NCBI GenBank assembly: GCA_964361825.1
Contig: CAYICB010000002.1
Location: 5,845 to 69,844, forward strand
Length of the DNA stretch: 64,000 bases
Direction of reading: 5' to 3'
Source of the DNA: an uncultured Candidatus Saccharibacteria bacterium
GTDB lineage: Bacteria > Patescibacteriota > Minisyncoccia > Phycocordibacterales > JACOZG01
The position numbers and the translations under genes were made by a program. The first letter of the stretch is position 1, and every line of letters begins with the position of its first letter. Below are positions 39,430-49,301 of the stretch, piece by piece. The notes beneath the pieces were generated by a model. That model did no database searches. It saw only the letters and a program-made list of their open reading frames with translations, and was not told where the DNA came from.

Positions 39430-39789
39430 ATGAAAATAAATATCAAAGCGACAGGGATAGAATTAACAACCGCTATTAGATCTTACTTAGAAACCAAGCT
39501 AGAACCCTTAAAAAAGCTTTTGGGAACAAAAGAAGAAGGGGCCATTATTCAAACCGAGCTGGGTAAGGAAACCAAGCATCATAAACACGGAGAGGTTTTT
39601 AGGGCGGAAATTAATTTGAGTTTTGCGGGCAAGCAATTACGCGCCGTAGCCACCGCCAATGATCTCTATGCCGCCATTGATGAAGTAAAAGATGAATTGG
39701 TGCAAGAAACTAAGTCTGGCCGGAGCAAAGCGCAGTCCCGAGTTAAGCGGGGAGCGAGAGCGGCCAAAAAACTTTTAACAGGTAATTAA
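39430..39789 (+). CDS. raiA: ribosome hibernation factor (HPF/RaiA family)
   Basis: MKINIKA..IELT.AI..Y...K, DLYAAID. Confidence 0.88.
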   Translation: MKINIKATGIELTTAIRSYLETKLEPLKKLLGTKEEGAIIQTELGKETKHHKHGEVFRAEINLSFAGKQLRAVATANDLYAAIDEVKDELVQETKSGRSKAQSRVKRGARAAKKLLTGN

Positions 39790-39798
39790 AAAAACGCC

Positions 39799-40437
39799 AT
39801 GCCCAAAGGAGTCATTATTGTTTTTATTATTTTAATCATTTTGGTTTTTGGTCTAATTTTCTTTTGGGGTCAGCCAGTGGAGGAACCAGTTGTCACGCCC
39901 CAAGAACAAGAAACCAAAACCCCAATTACCAAAGAAGAAAACCCTATTATGAATACTGCAATTTTTAAAACCAATCTCGGCGAAATTACTCTCGAGCTTT
40001 ACCCCGACAAAGCGCCAAAAACCGTTGAGAACTTCGTTAAACTCGCTCAAAGTGGCTTTTATAATGGCACCCTATTTCATCGCGTCATTAAAGACTTTAT
40101 GATTCAAGGTGGCGATCCAAACACCAAGAGTGAACCAAAAAATTGGGCGATCCACGGCACCGGCGGGCCGGATTATAAATTCGCTGATGAATTTAATGAT
40201 GTCAAAATTGTGAACGGCGTCCTCGCGATGGCAAATAGTGGGCCCAATACCAATGGCTCGCAATTCTTCATCGTTACCGCTCCGGCCACGCCCTGGCTTG
40301 ATGGTAAACATACCGCCTTCGGCCGCGTGACGGCCGGCCTAGATATTGTTGAGAAAATCGAAGCCGTGGCTACCGACAAAGCCAAAGGCGATCACCCTAT
40401 CGAAGATGTAATCTTGCAAGAAGTGGTGGTGAAATAG
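39799..40437 (+). CDS. cyclophilin-type peptidyl-prolyl isomerase with N-terminal anchor
   Basis: FHRVIKDFMIQGGD, MANSGPNTNGSQFFI, WLDGKHT.FG. Confidence 0.95.
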   Translation: MPKGVIIVFIILIILVFGLIFFWGQPVEEPVVTPQEQETKTPITKEENPIMNTAIFKTNLGEITLELYPDKAPKTVENFVKLAQSGFYNGTLFHRVIKDFMIQGGDPNTKSEPKNWAIHGTGGPDYKFADEFNDVKIVNGVLAMANSGPNTNGSQFFIVTAPATPWLDGKHTAFGRVTAGLDIVEKIEAVATDKAKGDHPIEDVILQEVVVK

Positions 40438-40536
40438 TTTTGCTCAACAAACCTAGACAAATTGGGTTGATGGTGATAAACATATGGCCGGATGTGTTTT
40501 TTGGAATGAAACTAAGAAAGTTTAAGGAGAGCGCTG

Positions 40537-41121
40537 ATGGACAACACCAAGTCTCTCATTGAGAGGGCAAAAGAGTTTGCCACGATGGCACATGAGGGTC
40601 AGTTCAGGTTGGGGAAGAAAAAAGAGCCATTCATTGCTCATCCTGCATTAGTGGCCAGTTTGGTTTGCCTTTCCGAAGGAAGAATAGTGGCACAAATTGC
40701 GGCCGCTTGGTTGCATGATGTCGTCGAAGACGCCAGTAATGGCGACCGAGTTGGCATGCACAAAACAATCCGCAAACTGTTCGGCAAAACTGTTGCTGAA
40801 ATTGTTGACGGCCTAACCGATCCACCAGAATTTGAGGGGTTACCTCTTTTGGAAAGAAAGGCTCTTCAGGCGGAGCGCGTAGCCACTAAAAGTGCGGGCG
40901 TAAAGCGAGTCAAGCTCGCCGATCAGATTGCCAATGTGACTTCACTTGCCACGGATCCTCCCATAAAATGGAGCTTGGAAGAACGCCGAAACTATCTAGA
41001 TGGAGCAAGGTTAGTGGCCGAGCAATGTGCTGGGATTAGTCTTTTTCTCGATAACACTTGGACCAGGGCTTATGCGAAAACGGAAGAAGCGCTAGAGAAA
41101 AGGCGCCTTACCGGGGAATAA
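40537..41121 (+). CDS. stand-alone HD-domain hydrolase (SpoT/Mesh1-like)
   Basis: AH.GQ.R, P.I.HP, LHDVVED, VKLAD...N. Confidence 0.85.
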   Translation: MDNTKSLIERAKEFATMAHEGQFRLGKKKEPFIAHPALVASLVCLSEGRIVAQIAAAWLHDVVEDASNGDRVGMHKTIRKLFGKTVAEIVDGLTDPPEFEGLPLLERKALQAERVATKSAGVKRVKLADQIANVTSLATDPPIKWSLEERRNYLDGARLVAEQCAGISLFLDNTWTRAYAKTEEALEKRRLTGE

Positions 41122-41253
41122 TCCGACTTTTTGCATCACATTGCAAGAAGTGGTGGTGAAGTAACTAATTCCTGTTGACTTTTTTCTCAAAATTATTAGT
41201 ATTTAAACTGGCGTTAGTACAAATTCCCGCGATTCTGTTTCGAAAGGAAAAAC

Positions 41254-41472
41254 ATGGCTTCGGATAAAAAACAAAAATATGTTAGGCCGTCTCATTGCAT
41301 TGGCGGCATCGGTTGCCCCGAAGTGAAGATTGAACCGGATTGTGTTCGATTGAGGTTGTCTGATCGGCCGAACAAATCACAAACGTTCTCGTATCAAGAA
41401 TGGCGAGATCTAGTGAGGGCGGTCAAAGCGGGAGAATATGATCTCCCTGGAACAAAGGCTGAAAATCCGTAA
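41254..41472 (+). CDS. DUF397-like small protein
   Basis: S.C.GG..C.EV, V.LR.S, F...EW..LV.AVKAGEYD. Confidence 0.7.
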   Translation: MASDKKQKYVRPSHCIGGIGCPEVKIEPDCVRLRLSDRPNKSQTFSYQEWRDLVRAVKAGEYDLPGTKAENP

Positions 41473-41536
41473 CCAAAACACCAGCAGTGCGCGTGGCAAT
41501 ATGATCAAGCTCGAGCCAAGTAAGGCCCGAGCTTTT

Positions 41537-42406
41537 TTATTGTCCGCGTTTAAAGTCTTCCCAACTCATTTCTTTACGGCCTTCGGGAATCACGCTATCT
41601 AAAATAAATTGGTCAGCGGCGAGATGGGCGGCGATAATTTTGACCCGGATGTTTTTACCGTGACGATGAGTGAAAAAATAAGTCCCGGGCCAAGGTTGAT
41701 AAGCGAGAAATTTGCGGTAATTCTCAAGTGGATCAGCGTTTAGATCAAGCTGACCATCTTCTTTGGTAATTTTCTTGGTAAAAGTGGCTTGGGTGTGATC
41801 CTGCGCGGAAGGTTTAACCTTGCCAGCCAGATAGTCCGGTAAAATTTCGAGAAAAAGCTCGGCGCCAAGTTTGGCTAACTCGTCTCGCAATTCGGGATAA
41901 GATTTTTCTTCCGCCAAATTTTGACTTTTTATTTTTGCCTTTTGACTTATTATCGGCCCATGATCCACTTCTTCATCCATCTGCATAATCGTTACACCGG
42001 GCACGGCACCAGTAAGAATGGTGTTTTGAATTGGCGCCGGACCACGAAAGGCGGGGAGGAGTGAGGGGTGGATATTGAGCGTACCGTGCTTAGGTAAATC
42101 AATTACAGCTTTGGGTAAAATCTTACCGTAAGAAGCAACGAGGGCCAGATCGGGGAGGGTCTCAAGGACGCACCTTGGGTCTGGGTTTTTAAGGTGCGTC
42201 CTTTGGATTCGGTCAGGTTGAATAAAAGATAAATTGTTTGCCAAACAAAAAGTCTTGACCGGTGGCGGTGTTAACTCCTGTTTTCTCCCTGAGATAGCGT
42301 CGGGAGTGGTAATTACGGTCACTGGTCTAACTCCTTGTGCTAAGAGATAATCGAGAACCGCCACGGCAAAATCATCGGTACCAAAAAAAATTAATTTAGG
42401 TGTCAT
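41537..42406 (-). CDS. fmt: methionyl-tRNA formyltransferase
   Basis: FFGT..FA, NIHPSLLP.FRG.API, D.GPII. Confidence 0.95.
   Translation of the reverse strand: MTPKLIFFGTDDFAVAVLDYLLAQGVRPVTVITTPDAISGRKQELTPPPVKTFCLANNLSFIQPDRIQRTHLKNPDPRCVLETLPDLALVASYGKILPKAVIDLPKHGTLNIHPSLLPAFRGPAPIQNTILTGAVPGVTIMQMDEEVDHGPIISQKAKIKSQNLAEEKSYPELRDELAKLGAELFLEILPDYLAGKVKPSAQDHTQATFTKKITKEDGQLDLNADPLENYRKFLAYQPWPGTYFFTHRHGKNIRVKIIAAHLAADQFILDSVIPEGRKEMSWEDFKRGQ
42164..42203 (-). repeat. in-frame doublet element AAGGACGCACCTT-AAAAACCCAGACCC-AAGGTGCGTCCTT
   Basis: perfect 13-bp inverted pair; encodes RTHLKNPDPRCVL. Confidence 0.85.
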
Positions 42407-42899
42407 TTTTTACGGCCCGCACATCAGTGGCCAAATCGATAAACAAAACCCCGTTTAAGTGATCAATCTCGTGTTGAAAAATTTGAGCCAGAAGACCCGC
42501 GGCTCGTCGTTCAAACTTTTTCCCATTTTGATCATAAGCCATCACACTCACTTTCTCGGCCCGTTTCACCAAGCCGTAAAGCGGCCGCACGCTCAAACAC
42601 CCTTCTTCTAAAACCACTTTCTTCCGTGAAAATTTAACTATTTCTGGATTAATAAACACTTGATCGGGCGGCGGCGGTTCACCCTCTTTACCAAACACTT
42701 TTCCCGAAACCACAAAAATTCTTTTACTCAAACCAATTTGGGGCGCCGCGAGAGCCACCCCATCATCACAAGCCCCAAGCGCGGCACTCATCCGGCGTAA
42801 TTCATCAATCAAGGCCGGAGTACCAAAATCAGCCGCGGCCACCGGCGCGGCCGTAGCCCGCAAAACTGGAGCTTCAGCTTGTAAAATTTGATTAGTCAT
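42396..42899 (-). CDS. def: peptide deformylase
   Basis: GVALAAPQIG, EGCLSV, QHEIDHL. Confidence 0.96.
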   Translation of the reverse strand: MTNQILQAEAPVLRATAAPVAAADFGTPALIDELRRMSAALGACDDGVALAAPQIGLSKRIFVVSGKVFGKEGEPPPPDQVFINPEIVKFSRKKVVLEEGCLSVRPLYGLVKRAEKVSVMAYDQNGKKFERRAAGLLAQIFQHEIDHLNGVLFIDLATDVRAVKNDT

Positions 42900-42904
42900 T
42901 ATGG

Positions 42905-44848
42905 TTATAAAATACTCTCTGGATCAACATTAACAATAAACCTTGGCGGCAAATTACGCAAAAAGCGATAAAGCTCCTCATCCGGCCCCCGCTCTGGATT
43001 AAGTCGGAGCAAAGCGTGCATGACAAACTGCCCCTTAACCTCCGAGGTAAAGGCAGGAAAAACTTCTGGCTCATAAGACGCGAGCGAGGCCTCAAGTTTT
43101 TTCATTTCCAAAATAATTTCTTGGCGCTTGCCTCGACGGGTAATCTTGATTAATTGCTTAAACGGCGGATAACCGAAGCGCTCGCGGTCAATAATTTCTT
43201 TTTGATAAAACTCGAGCAAACCACCACGAATTACTTCAGAAAAAATCGGCCATTCTGGATGTTTGGTCTGGATAATAAACTGTCGCTCGGCCAATAATCG
43301 CGCTCGCGATAACCAACCAAACAAACGCTCATTAATCCGAAAGTCGGGGAGAGTAAACAAACCATCAATCGCCGCCACAAACACATTGTCGACCTTTTGC
43401 GCGAGATAATAAAGCGCGAGCTCCGTACCCAAAAGTACGCCTTGAGGATCCGCCAAAAATTTGGCCACCACGGCTTTAGCCTGCTTTGGAGTTTTGGCCA
43501 CATCACTGTCTAAACGAAACAAGGCTGGTTCGGGAATAATCTTTTTTAATTCATTTTCGACCCGCTCAATCCCAATCCCAAATTGCTCCAAGCGCCAACC
43601 GCCACAATTAGCACAACGCTCTTCTACCGCCCGCGTTTCCTGACACTTATGACACAAAAGCAAGTAATCACCGGCGCCACCCTTGGTGTCGGTGCGTACT
43701 CGATGTAAAACAAGGGGAGAGCGACAACGCCGACACATCACCGCCTCGCCACAATCTTGACACAAAATGAGCGGGGCCAAACCTCTCCGACCAACCAAAA
43801 TCAGGGTTTTATCACCCCGCCGCGCGGCTTGAGCAATTAAGGCACTCAAACGCGGCGACAGCGCTTTAAACTCGCGATCGGCTGAATCTTCTTCTCTAAT
43901 CACCGGCGCTAGCTCTTGTCGCGCCGCCGAGAATAAGCGCGGTTTAAGCGGCGAGGCGGCAAAAAATTGGCCTCGCTCGGCGCGAAAAATAGTTTCTGCC
44001 CGCAAAGCGGTGTCGCCATAAACCAGTTTCCAACCGCCCGCTTCGGCCAAAATTTCGGCAAATTTACGGTAATCGACATAGGGCCGCTTCATTTCCTTAT
44101 ACCCACTAGAATTCTCGCGGTCCACAATAATTGCCCCAATATCTCGTCGCGGCAAAAAGATAAAAGTGGGCGTTACAATCACCAATACCGGATGAACTGA
44201 TTCTAGTGCTCGCCGCCAATTATCCCACAAATCCCGTTCGCTCAATTTGTGATGCAAAATCAAAAGATAGGTGTTAATCCCTTTGGCCAAAGTTTTAGCC
44301 GCGCGCTCCACCTCTAAAGCATTAGGACAAACCAAAAAAACCGACGCCCCGCGAGCAAACTCCGATCTCACCAAACTTTTATAAAAAGCCAAGCGATCCT
44401 CGTCTGTGCCCTGAAACACAATTTTATTAACGCGATCCGGGCGCACTTGAGCGGCATCGCTTTTGTCGACCGGCAAAATAGTGGCTGGTTCTAAATAACG
44501 ATTAAGGATAATCTGACTCGAAACACTTTTTAGGGTAGAACCAAGCGCCGCCACAAAATGACGCGCCGCGCCGCCAACCGCCTCAATAAAGACAGACGAA
44601 AAAAGATGTTTGGCCGAGTTCTTATCTGAACCACCCTTAAACATCAATTTTTTTAACGGATAACCAGCTTGACGCAACCCGCTTTTAACCGTTTCGGCTG
44701 GCACCACGCTTAAAACCAGGCCGGGGATAGCCCGTCCACGCACCGCCACTTTTACCAGAGTTCCCACTTCTGGCGCCACCGCCGAAAAATAGGTTAATTC
44801 CTCCAAAAAAACTCCTTTGGCAATAGGCATAACGGTAACCACTTTCAT
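42905..44848 (-). CDS. priA: primosomal protein N' (degenerate Walker motifs)
   Basis: four CxxC zinc knuckles, G.G.ERV, PDFR, YPPF. Confidence 0.88.
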   Translation of the reverse strand: MKVVTVMPIAKGVFLEELTYFSAVAPEVGTLVKVAVRGRAIPGLVLSVVPAETVKSGLRQAGYPLKKLMFKGGSDKNSAKHLFSSVFIEAVGGAARHFVAALGSTLKSVSSQIILNRYLEPATILPVDKSDAAQVRPDRVNKIVFQGTDEDRLAFYKSLVRSEFARGASVFLVCPNALEVERAAKTLAKGINTYLLILHHKLSERDLWDNWRRALESVHPVLVIVTPTFIFLPRRDIGAIIVDRENSSGYKEMKRPYVDYRKFAEILAEAGGWKLVYGDTALRAETIFRAERGQFFAASPLKPRLFSAARQELAPVIREEDSADREFKALSPRLSALIAQAARRGDKTLILVGRRGLAPLILCQDCGEAVMCRRCRSPLVLHRVRTDTKGGAGDYLLLCHKCQETRAVEERCANCGGWRLEQFGIGIERVENELKKIIPEPALFRLDSDVAKTPKQAKAVVAKFLADPQGVLLGTELALYYLAQKVDNVFVAAIDGLFTLPDFRINERLFGWLSRARLLAERQFIIQTKHPEWPIFSEVIRGGLLEFYQKEIIDRERFGYPPFKQLIKITRRGKRQEIILEMKKLEASLASYEPEVFPAFTSEVKGQFVMHALLRLNPERGPDEELYRFLRNLPPRFIVNVDPESIL

Positions 44849-44886
44849 CGTTGTAGAAGATACCACATTTGGTAAAATAGAGCGTA

Positions 44887-45708
44887 GTGGCAGAAGAAAT
44901 TCATAAAAAATATATTCCTCTTGAGCACGCGGCCAGAAATCAAGCTGACCTGCGTCAATTAGAGAAACTTTGCGTTCAAGGCAAACTTGATGCCAAAAAA
45001 TTGAAGCGAGAGTGGTTCTTGGCGGCCGATGACTTAAGCTATGCTCAAGAATTGGCTCGTGGTTTCAATTTTCCGGATTTACTCCCGCTTGCCAAAAGCG
45101 CGACCGTAATTTTGCTTATTTTAGGCGGCGGTTGGCTTTTTGGCCACAGTCTCCGGCAAGTTCAAGGTTGGCAAAACCCCAAGGCTCCGGTGGGACCAGA
45201 AGTAATGCTCGCCGCGGCCGAACCGGTCTTTGAGCGCGTCACCCTCTCTCTGGCCGATCTTTATGGTGAGTGGCAAGATTTTTTAAAATTTGTTTCGAGC
45301 GAAATTTTTTACTACAACTATCGCCTGCGCACAGCTTGGAGTAATTTTGGTGGTAAAAAAGAACCACCAGCCGTAACCGCCATCACCCTTAATCCCAATA
45401 CCACGGTAACCGATAAAGAAACTCTTAAAAATGAAATCAAAAAAGAGCTTTTGGCCGAAATTGAGCGGGTGAGTAATTTGCCACCAAACTCAGATGGCGG
45501 CAATAATCAAGGTTTGGTCGTTTTTCCTTCCACCGGTGATCCAAAAAAGGACGCTTTAACTCAAGAAATTATTAAAGAAGCCTTCTCCAGCGAAATCTCG
45601 CTCCAAGTAGACTCTAGCGGCCGAGCCGGAATTATTACCCCCGTTTTCCAAAACACCAATAACGGCAATTATCTCTTCCTTATTACCCCCATCCAAACGG
45701 GCCCATGA
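44887..45708 (+). CDS. hypothetical membrane-anchored protein
   Basis: N-terminal HTH-like segment, one TM, C-terminal G.ITPVF. Confidence 0.65.
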   Translation: MAEEIHKKYIPLEHAARNQADLRQLEKLCVQGKLDAKKLKREWFLAADDLSYAQELARGFNFPDLLPLAKSATVILLILGGGWLFGHSLRQVQGWQNPKAPVGPEVMLAAAEPVFERVTLSLADLYGEWQDFLKFVSSEIFYYNYRLRTAWSNFGGKKEPPAVTAITLNPNTTVTDKETLKNEIKKELLAEIERVSNLPPNSDGGNNQGLVVFPSTGDPKKDALTQEIIKEAFSSEISLQVDSSGRAGIITPVFQNTNNGNYLFLITPIQTGP

Positions 45709-46496
45709 TCACACTCACTCCCGCCAAACTCGAAGTTAGTGTTGCCCCGGGCCAAGACTTCCTCGCCACCATTACTCTAGCCAATAAAAGCGAAGAAGAT
45801 TTGCTGGGCCGAGTTTTAATCGAGGATTTTGGCCCACCAGCATATTCTCTAAATCGCTTTCTAATTCCGGCCGTTCGAGAATTTGCGCTCGCCGCCGGCG
45901 AAACGCGCCAATTACCGCTTACGATCAAAATACCGGCCGATCAAGGCCCGGGCGGTCTCTACAGCTCGGTGGTGATTGGTTTCCGTCAAGCGGGAGAAAG
46001 TGCCAATTCCACCGAAAGCCGTTTGGCCAGCCTCCTGTTTGTGAAAGTTCCGGGTCAAACCCAAGAAGTGGGGGAATTAATCGACTTTGGTCAACTCGCG
46101 GGGCAAGGGAAATTGGGTCAATTTTATTTGACCTTCCAAAACACCGGCAATGTTTATCTTAATCCTTATGGTGTAATTACCATCAAACAACAAGGTTTTT
46201 TTAGCCTAAGAAGGGACACCAGAAAAGAGTTTACTGTTCCGATTGACCCTTGGTATGTGCTCCCCGGCGATACGCGGACTAGAGAAATCGGGCTTACTTA
46301 TCCACCTCAATCGATGAGCTACGGCCATTATCGAGCCGAAGTCTCGCTCAACCGCGGCTATCAAGATATTATCGACACCCGCGCCATCACCTTTTGGGTT
46401 TTACCACCAACATGGGTGCTGATTTTGGTTGGTCTCTTGTTTTTGGGTTTTTTGTTCGGCTTTGGTCGAAAGTTATTACGACATGGTAAAATTTAG
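45705..46496 (+). CDS. DUF916/WxL-interacting-like Ig-fold protein with C-terminal TM
   Basis: TL.PAK.E....PG, P....PGG.Y, N.GN....P.G, VLPG..R. Confidence 0.6.
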   Translation: MITLTPAKLEVSVAPGQDFLATITLANKSEEDLLGRVLIEDFGPPAYSLNRFLIPAVREFALAAGETRQLPLTIKIPADQGPGGLYSSVVIGFRQAGESANSTESRLASLLFVKVPGQTQEVGELIDFGQLAGQGKLGQFYLTFQNTGNVYLNPYGVITIKQQGFFSLRRDTRKEFTVPIDPWYVLPGDTRTREIGLTYPPQSMSYGHYRAEVSLNRGYQDIIDTRAITFWVLPPTWVLILVGLLFLGFLFGFGRKLLRHGKI

Positions 46497-46499
46497 GCA

Positions 46500-47240
46500 A
46501 TGAATCGAGGGTGGGGATTAATAGTTTTGATCTGTTTGCTGGGAGCGAGAATGGCTTCTGGTTATGTGGCCTCCAGCACCAATTATCGCTTGGAGAGCGA
46601 TAGTGTAAATTTTGGCGGCGGTTTTTCTAGTTCGACTAATTATGAAATTGAGAGCACGGCGGGAGAAGTGGCGACGGGGGAATCAGAAAGCACTAATTAC
46701 AAAATTAAGGCCGGTTACCAGCAAATGCTCGCGAGTTCTCTCTCGATCTCGGCTCCAAGCAATGTGAGTTTGGGTTCTATTGATGGCACTACCGGAGGGA
46801 GTGTGACCGGTTCAGTAGCCTGGACGGTGATTACCGACAACTCGGCTGGCTACATCCTAGCCGTGCGCTCAAGCACTAATCCGGCCTTGACCTCTGGTAG
46901 CAATACCATTGCCGATTATACTCCAACCGGCGCGGCGCCTGACTATGCGTGGTCGGTGGGGACGAGCGGGAGCGAATTTGGTTTTAGCCCCGAGGGCACT
47001 CATGTGGTCCAGCGTTATCTCGATAATGGGTCGAGTTGCAATACCGGCGCCAGTAATAATAGCGATACTTGTTGGGACGCTTTTTCTACCAGTAACACCA
47101 CCGTCGCGAGTAGTGCGAGCGGTAATTCTCCCACCGGCACCGCGAGCACCCTCAAGCTCCAAGCACAAATTGGCGCTGATGTAGAACCAAGCGACGGCAC
47201 TTATGCGGCCACCATTATTGCTACTGCCACCGCCCAATAA
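46500..47240 (+). CDS. secreted Ser/Thr/Gly-rich WxL-like surface protein
   Basis: signal peptide, repeated STNY, V.TD...GY.L, terminal G.Y.ATI..TAT. Confidence 0.6.
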   Translation: MNRGWGLIVLICLLGARMASGYVASSTNYRLESDSVNFGGGFSSSTNYEIESTAGEVATGESESTNYKIKAGYQQMLASSLSISAPSNVSLGSIDGTTGGSVTGSVAWTVITDNSAGYILAVRSSTNPALTSGSNTIADYTPTGAAPDYAWSVGTSGSEFGFSPEGTHVVQRYLDNGSSCNTGASNNSDTCWDAFSTSNTTVASSASGNSPTGTASTLKLQAQIGADVEPSDGTYAATIIATATAQ

Positions 47241-47245
47241 ACTCC

Positions 47246-49255
47246 GTGAGAAAAATTTTATTTTTAATTATCTTCGCCTTCAGCCTTCAAGCCCTAGCCG
47301 CCACCGACAATGTGGATATCAGTGTAGAAGTCTCTTGTCCGGAAGATAATTGCGCTTCATCTAGCGGCGGAGGCGGGGAGGAAGAAGAAGATCCGCCACC
47401 TGATCCCGACCCGGTGCTCGGTTGCACTGATCCTAGTGCCAGTAATTATAATTCTGCCGCCACGCAAAATGATGGCTCCTGCATCTACCCCAGCGATGAG
47501 GTGCCCAATGTTTCTGGCTTTACTGGTGATTATGATGAAACCAATGAAGAAATAAATTTAAGCTGGAACAATCCAAATTTTGCTGAATTTGATTCAATCA
47601 GAATTATCCGAGGCAACGGCTTTTTTCCTACTGGGCCAACTGATGGCATTTTAATTTATAGCGGCCCGGGCGAAAGCGCGGTTGATAATAATGTCACACC
47701 GGGTAACACTTATTATTACGCCGCCTTCGTTCGGAGTAATACTGGTGACTATTCTTCTGGCGCTTTGGCTAGCGTGGTGGTACCAGAAATCGAGCCGCCA
47801 CCAGAGGAGGAAGAGCCTCCGCCAGACGAAGAACTGCCACCCGATGAAGACGATGACGGAATTCCGGATGAAGAAGAAACGCCGGATCCTTTCGAAAACT
47901 TACCCCAAGCGCCGATTGTTGACCCGATTGTAGAACAATTAGATTTTGGCGATTTTGTGTTTATCCAACCCGGTGAGGGCCGACAATACTTTACTTCAGG
48001 GAGCACGGTGAGAATTAATGGCGCCAAAGATCTCACCGTGCTGATTGAGGCTAGTCGCGTGCCAAGCAATCTCAAAACGATCGCTATCACTCTCCGCGAT
48101 CCGCAAAATTGGCGAAAAACTTTTTCTTTCCTCCTCAAACCCAATCAAACTAATACCGCCTTCACCGCCACTATTGCGCCACTAGGCAAAAGTGGTAATT
48201 ACCCCATTTTTATCTCCATTGTGGATTTCGAAAATCAAAGTATCAAACGCCTGCAAGGCAATTTGCTGGTGGCGGCGGCTGGCGCTTTGGGGACCGGCAG
48301 AATTACCGAAGTAGCGGGAAGAATTGCCACGCCAATATTCATCACCACTGGCCTCGCGGTGGGCTTGGCGGAAAGTTTTTCTCTGCTCGGCCATATCCAA
48401 TCATTTTCTGATTTATACTGGATTATTATTCACCTGTTTAATGTGCTGGCGCGCGTTTTTGGCTTCCGGCGCAAGGTTAAACCTTGGGGCACAGTTTATG
48501 ACTCGGTTACCAAGCGGCCGCTTGACCCCGCTTATGTGGTGGTGCAAAGAAAGGGCGAGGAGGTAAATACGGCCATCACCGACCTCGATGGCCGATATGG
48601 CTTCTTGCTAGCTCCCGGTGCTTACGAACTGGTGGCCAATAAAACTCACTATCAATTCCCTTCTGTTCGTCTCGCTGGCCAAACCAATGACGAACTTTAC
48701 GACAATCTCTATCACGGCGGCGAAATGCAAACCGCCGAAGGGGAAGTAATTAATCGCAATATCCCACTTGACCCCATCGCCTTCGACTGGAACGAGTTTG
48801 CCAAAGACAAACAGGGTTTCTTTGTTCTCACTACCAAAAAAGAAAAAAGGCGCGCCAGAATTTCGGCCGCCCTCTACTTGGCTGGTTTAATTTTTGCCAC
48901 TTATCATCTTTTATTTAATCCAAACTGGCTCAATATTATTGCCGCCACGCTCTACCTCGCCACGCCCCTAGGTCGCGCTTGGTGGAAGCGCCGCCGACCA
49001 ATTAAACAAGTAAAAAGTTTGGTCACCGGCTTGCCCTCGCCTTATGCCATCGTCAAAGCCTTTTTACCCAAAGTAAATCAGCAGGTGCGCTCGGTGGTGG
49101 CCGACGCTCTCGGCCGCTTCTTCCTTCTCACGCCACCGGGCGAGTACTACTTCACGATTGAAGAAAAACAAGATGACGGTTCTTACAAAAAAGTCCTCGA
49201 GACGCCACCGATGAATCTCCCCAAAGGCGTCCTCGACCAAGACTTGACTTATTAG
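47246..49255 (+). CDS. large surface protein (FN3-like, Pro/Glu linker, carboxypeptidase-regulatory-like domains, TM)
   Basis: signal peptide, GCTDP.A.NY motif, LSW.NP, WGTVYDS.TK.PLDP, TD.DGRY. Confidence 0.7.
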   Translation: MRKILFLIIFAFSLQALAATDNVDISVEVSCPEDNCASSSGGGGEEEEDPPPDPDPVLGCTDPSASNYNSAATQNDGSCIYPSDEVPNVSGFTGDYDETNEEINLSWNNPNFAEFDSIRIIRGNGFFPTGPTDGILIYSGPGESAVDNNVTPGNTYYYAAFVRSNTGDYSSGALASVVVPEIEPPPEEEEPPPDEELPPDEDDDGIPDEEETPDPFENLPQAPIVDPIVEQLDFGDFVFIQPGEGRQYFTSGSTVRINGAKDLTVLIEASRVPSNLKTIAITLRDPQNWRKTFSFLLKPNQTNTAFTATIAPLGKSGNYPIFISIVDFENQSIKRLQGNLLVAAAGALGTGRITEVAGRIATPIFITTGLAVGLAESFSLLGHIQSFSDLYWIIIHLFNVLARVFGFRRKVKPWGTVYDSVTKRPLDPAYVVVQRKGEEVNTAITDLDGRYGFLLAPGAYELVANKTHYQFPSVRLAGQTNDELYDNLYHGGEMQTAEGEVINRNIPLDPIAFDWNEFAKDKQGFFVLTTKKEKRRARISAALYLAGLIFATYHLLFNPNWLNIIAATLYLATPLGRAWWKRRRPIKQVKSLVTGLPSPYAIVKAFLPKVNQQVRSVVADALGRFFLLTPPGEYYFTIEEKQDDGSYKKVLETPPMNLPKGVLDQDLTY

Positions 49256-49301
49256 CCCGTGTTTATTAGTCTCTGGAGAGACCTTGAAAGGAGGTGTTCT
49301 C

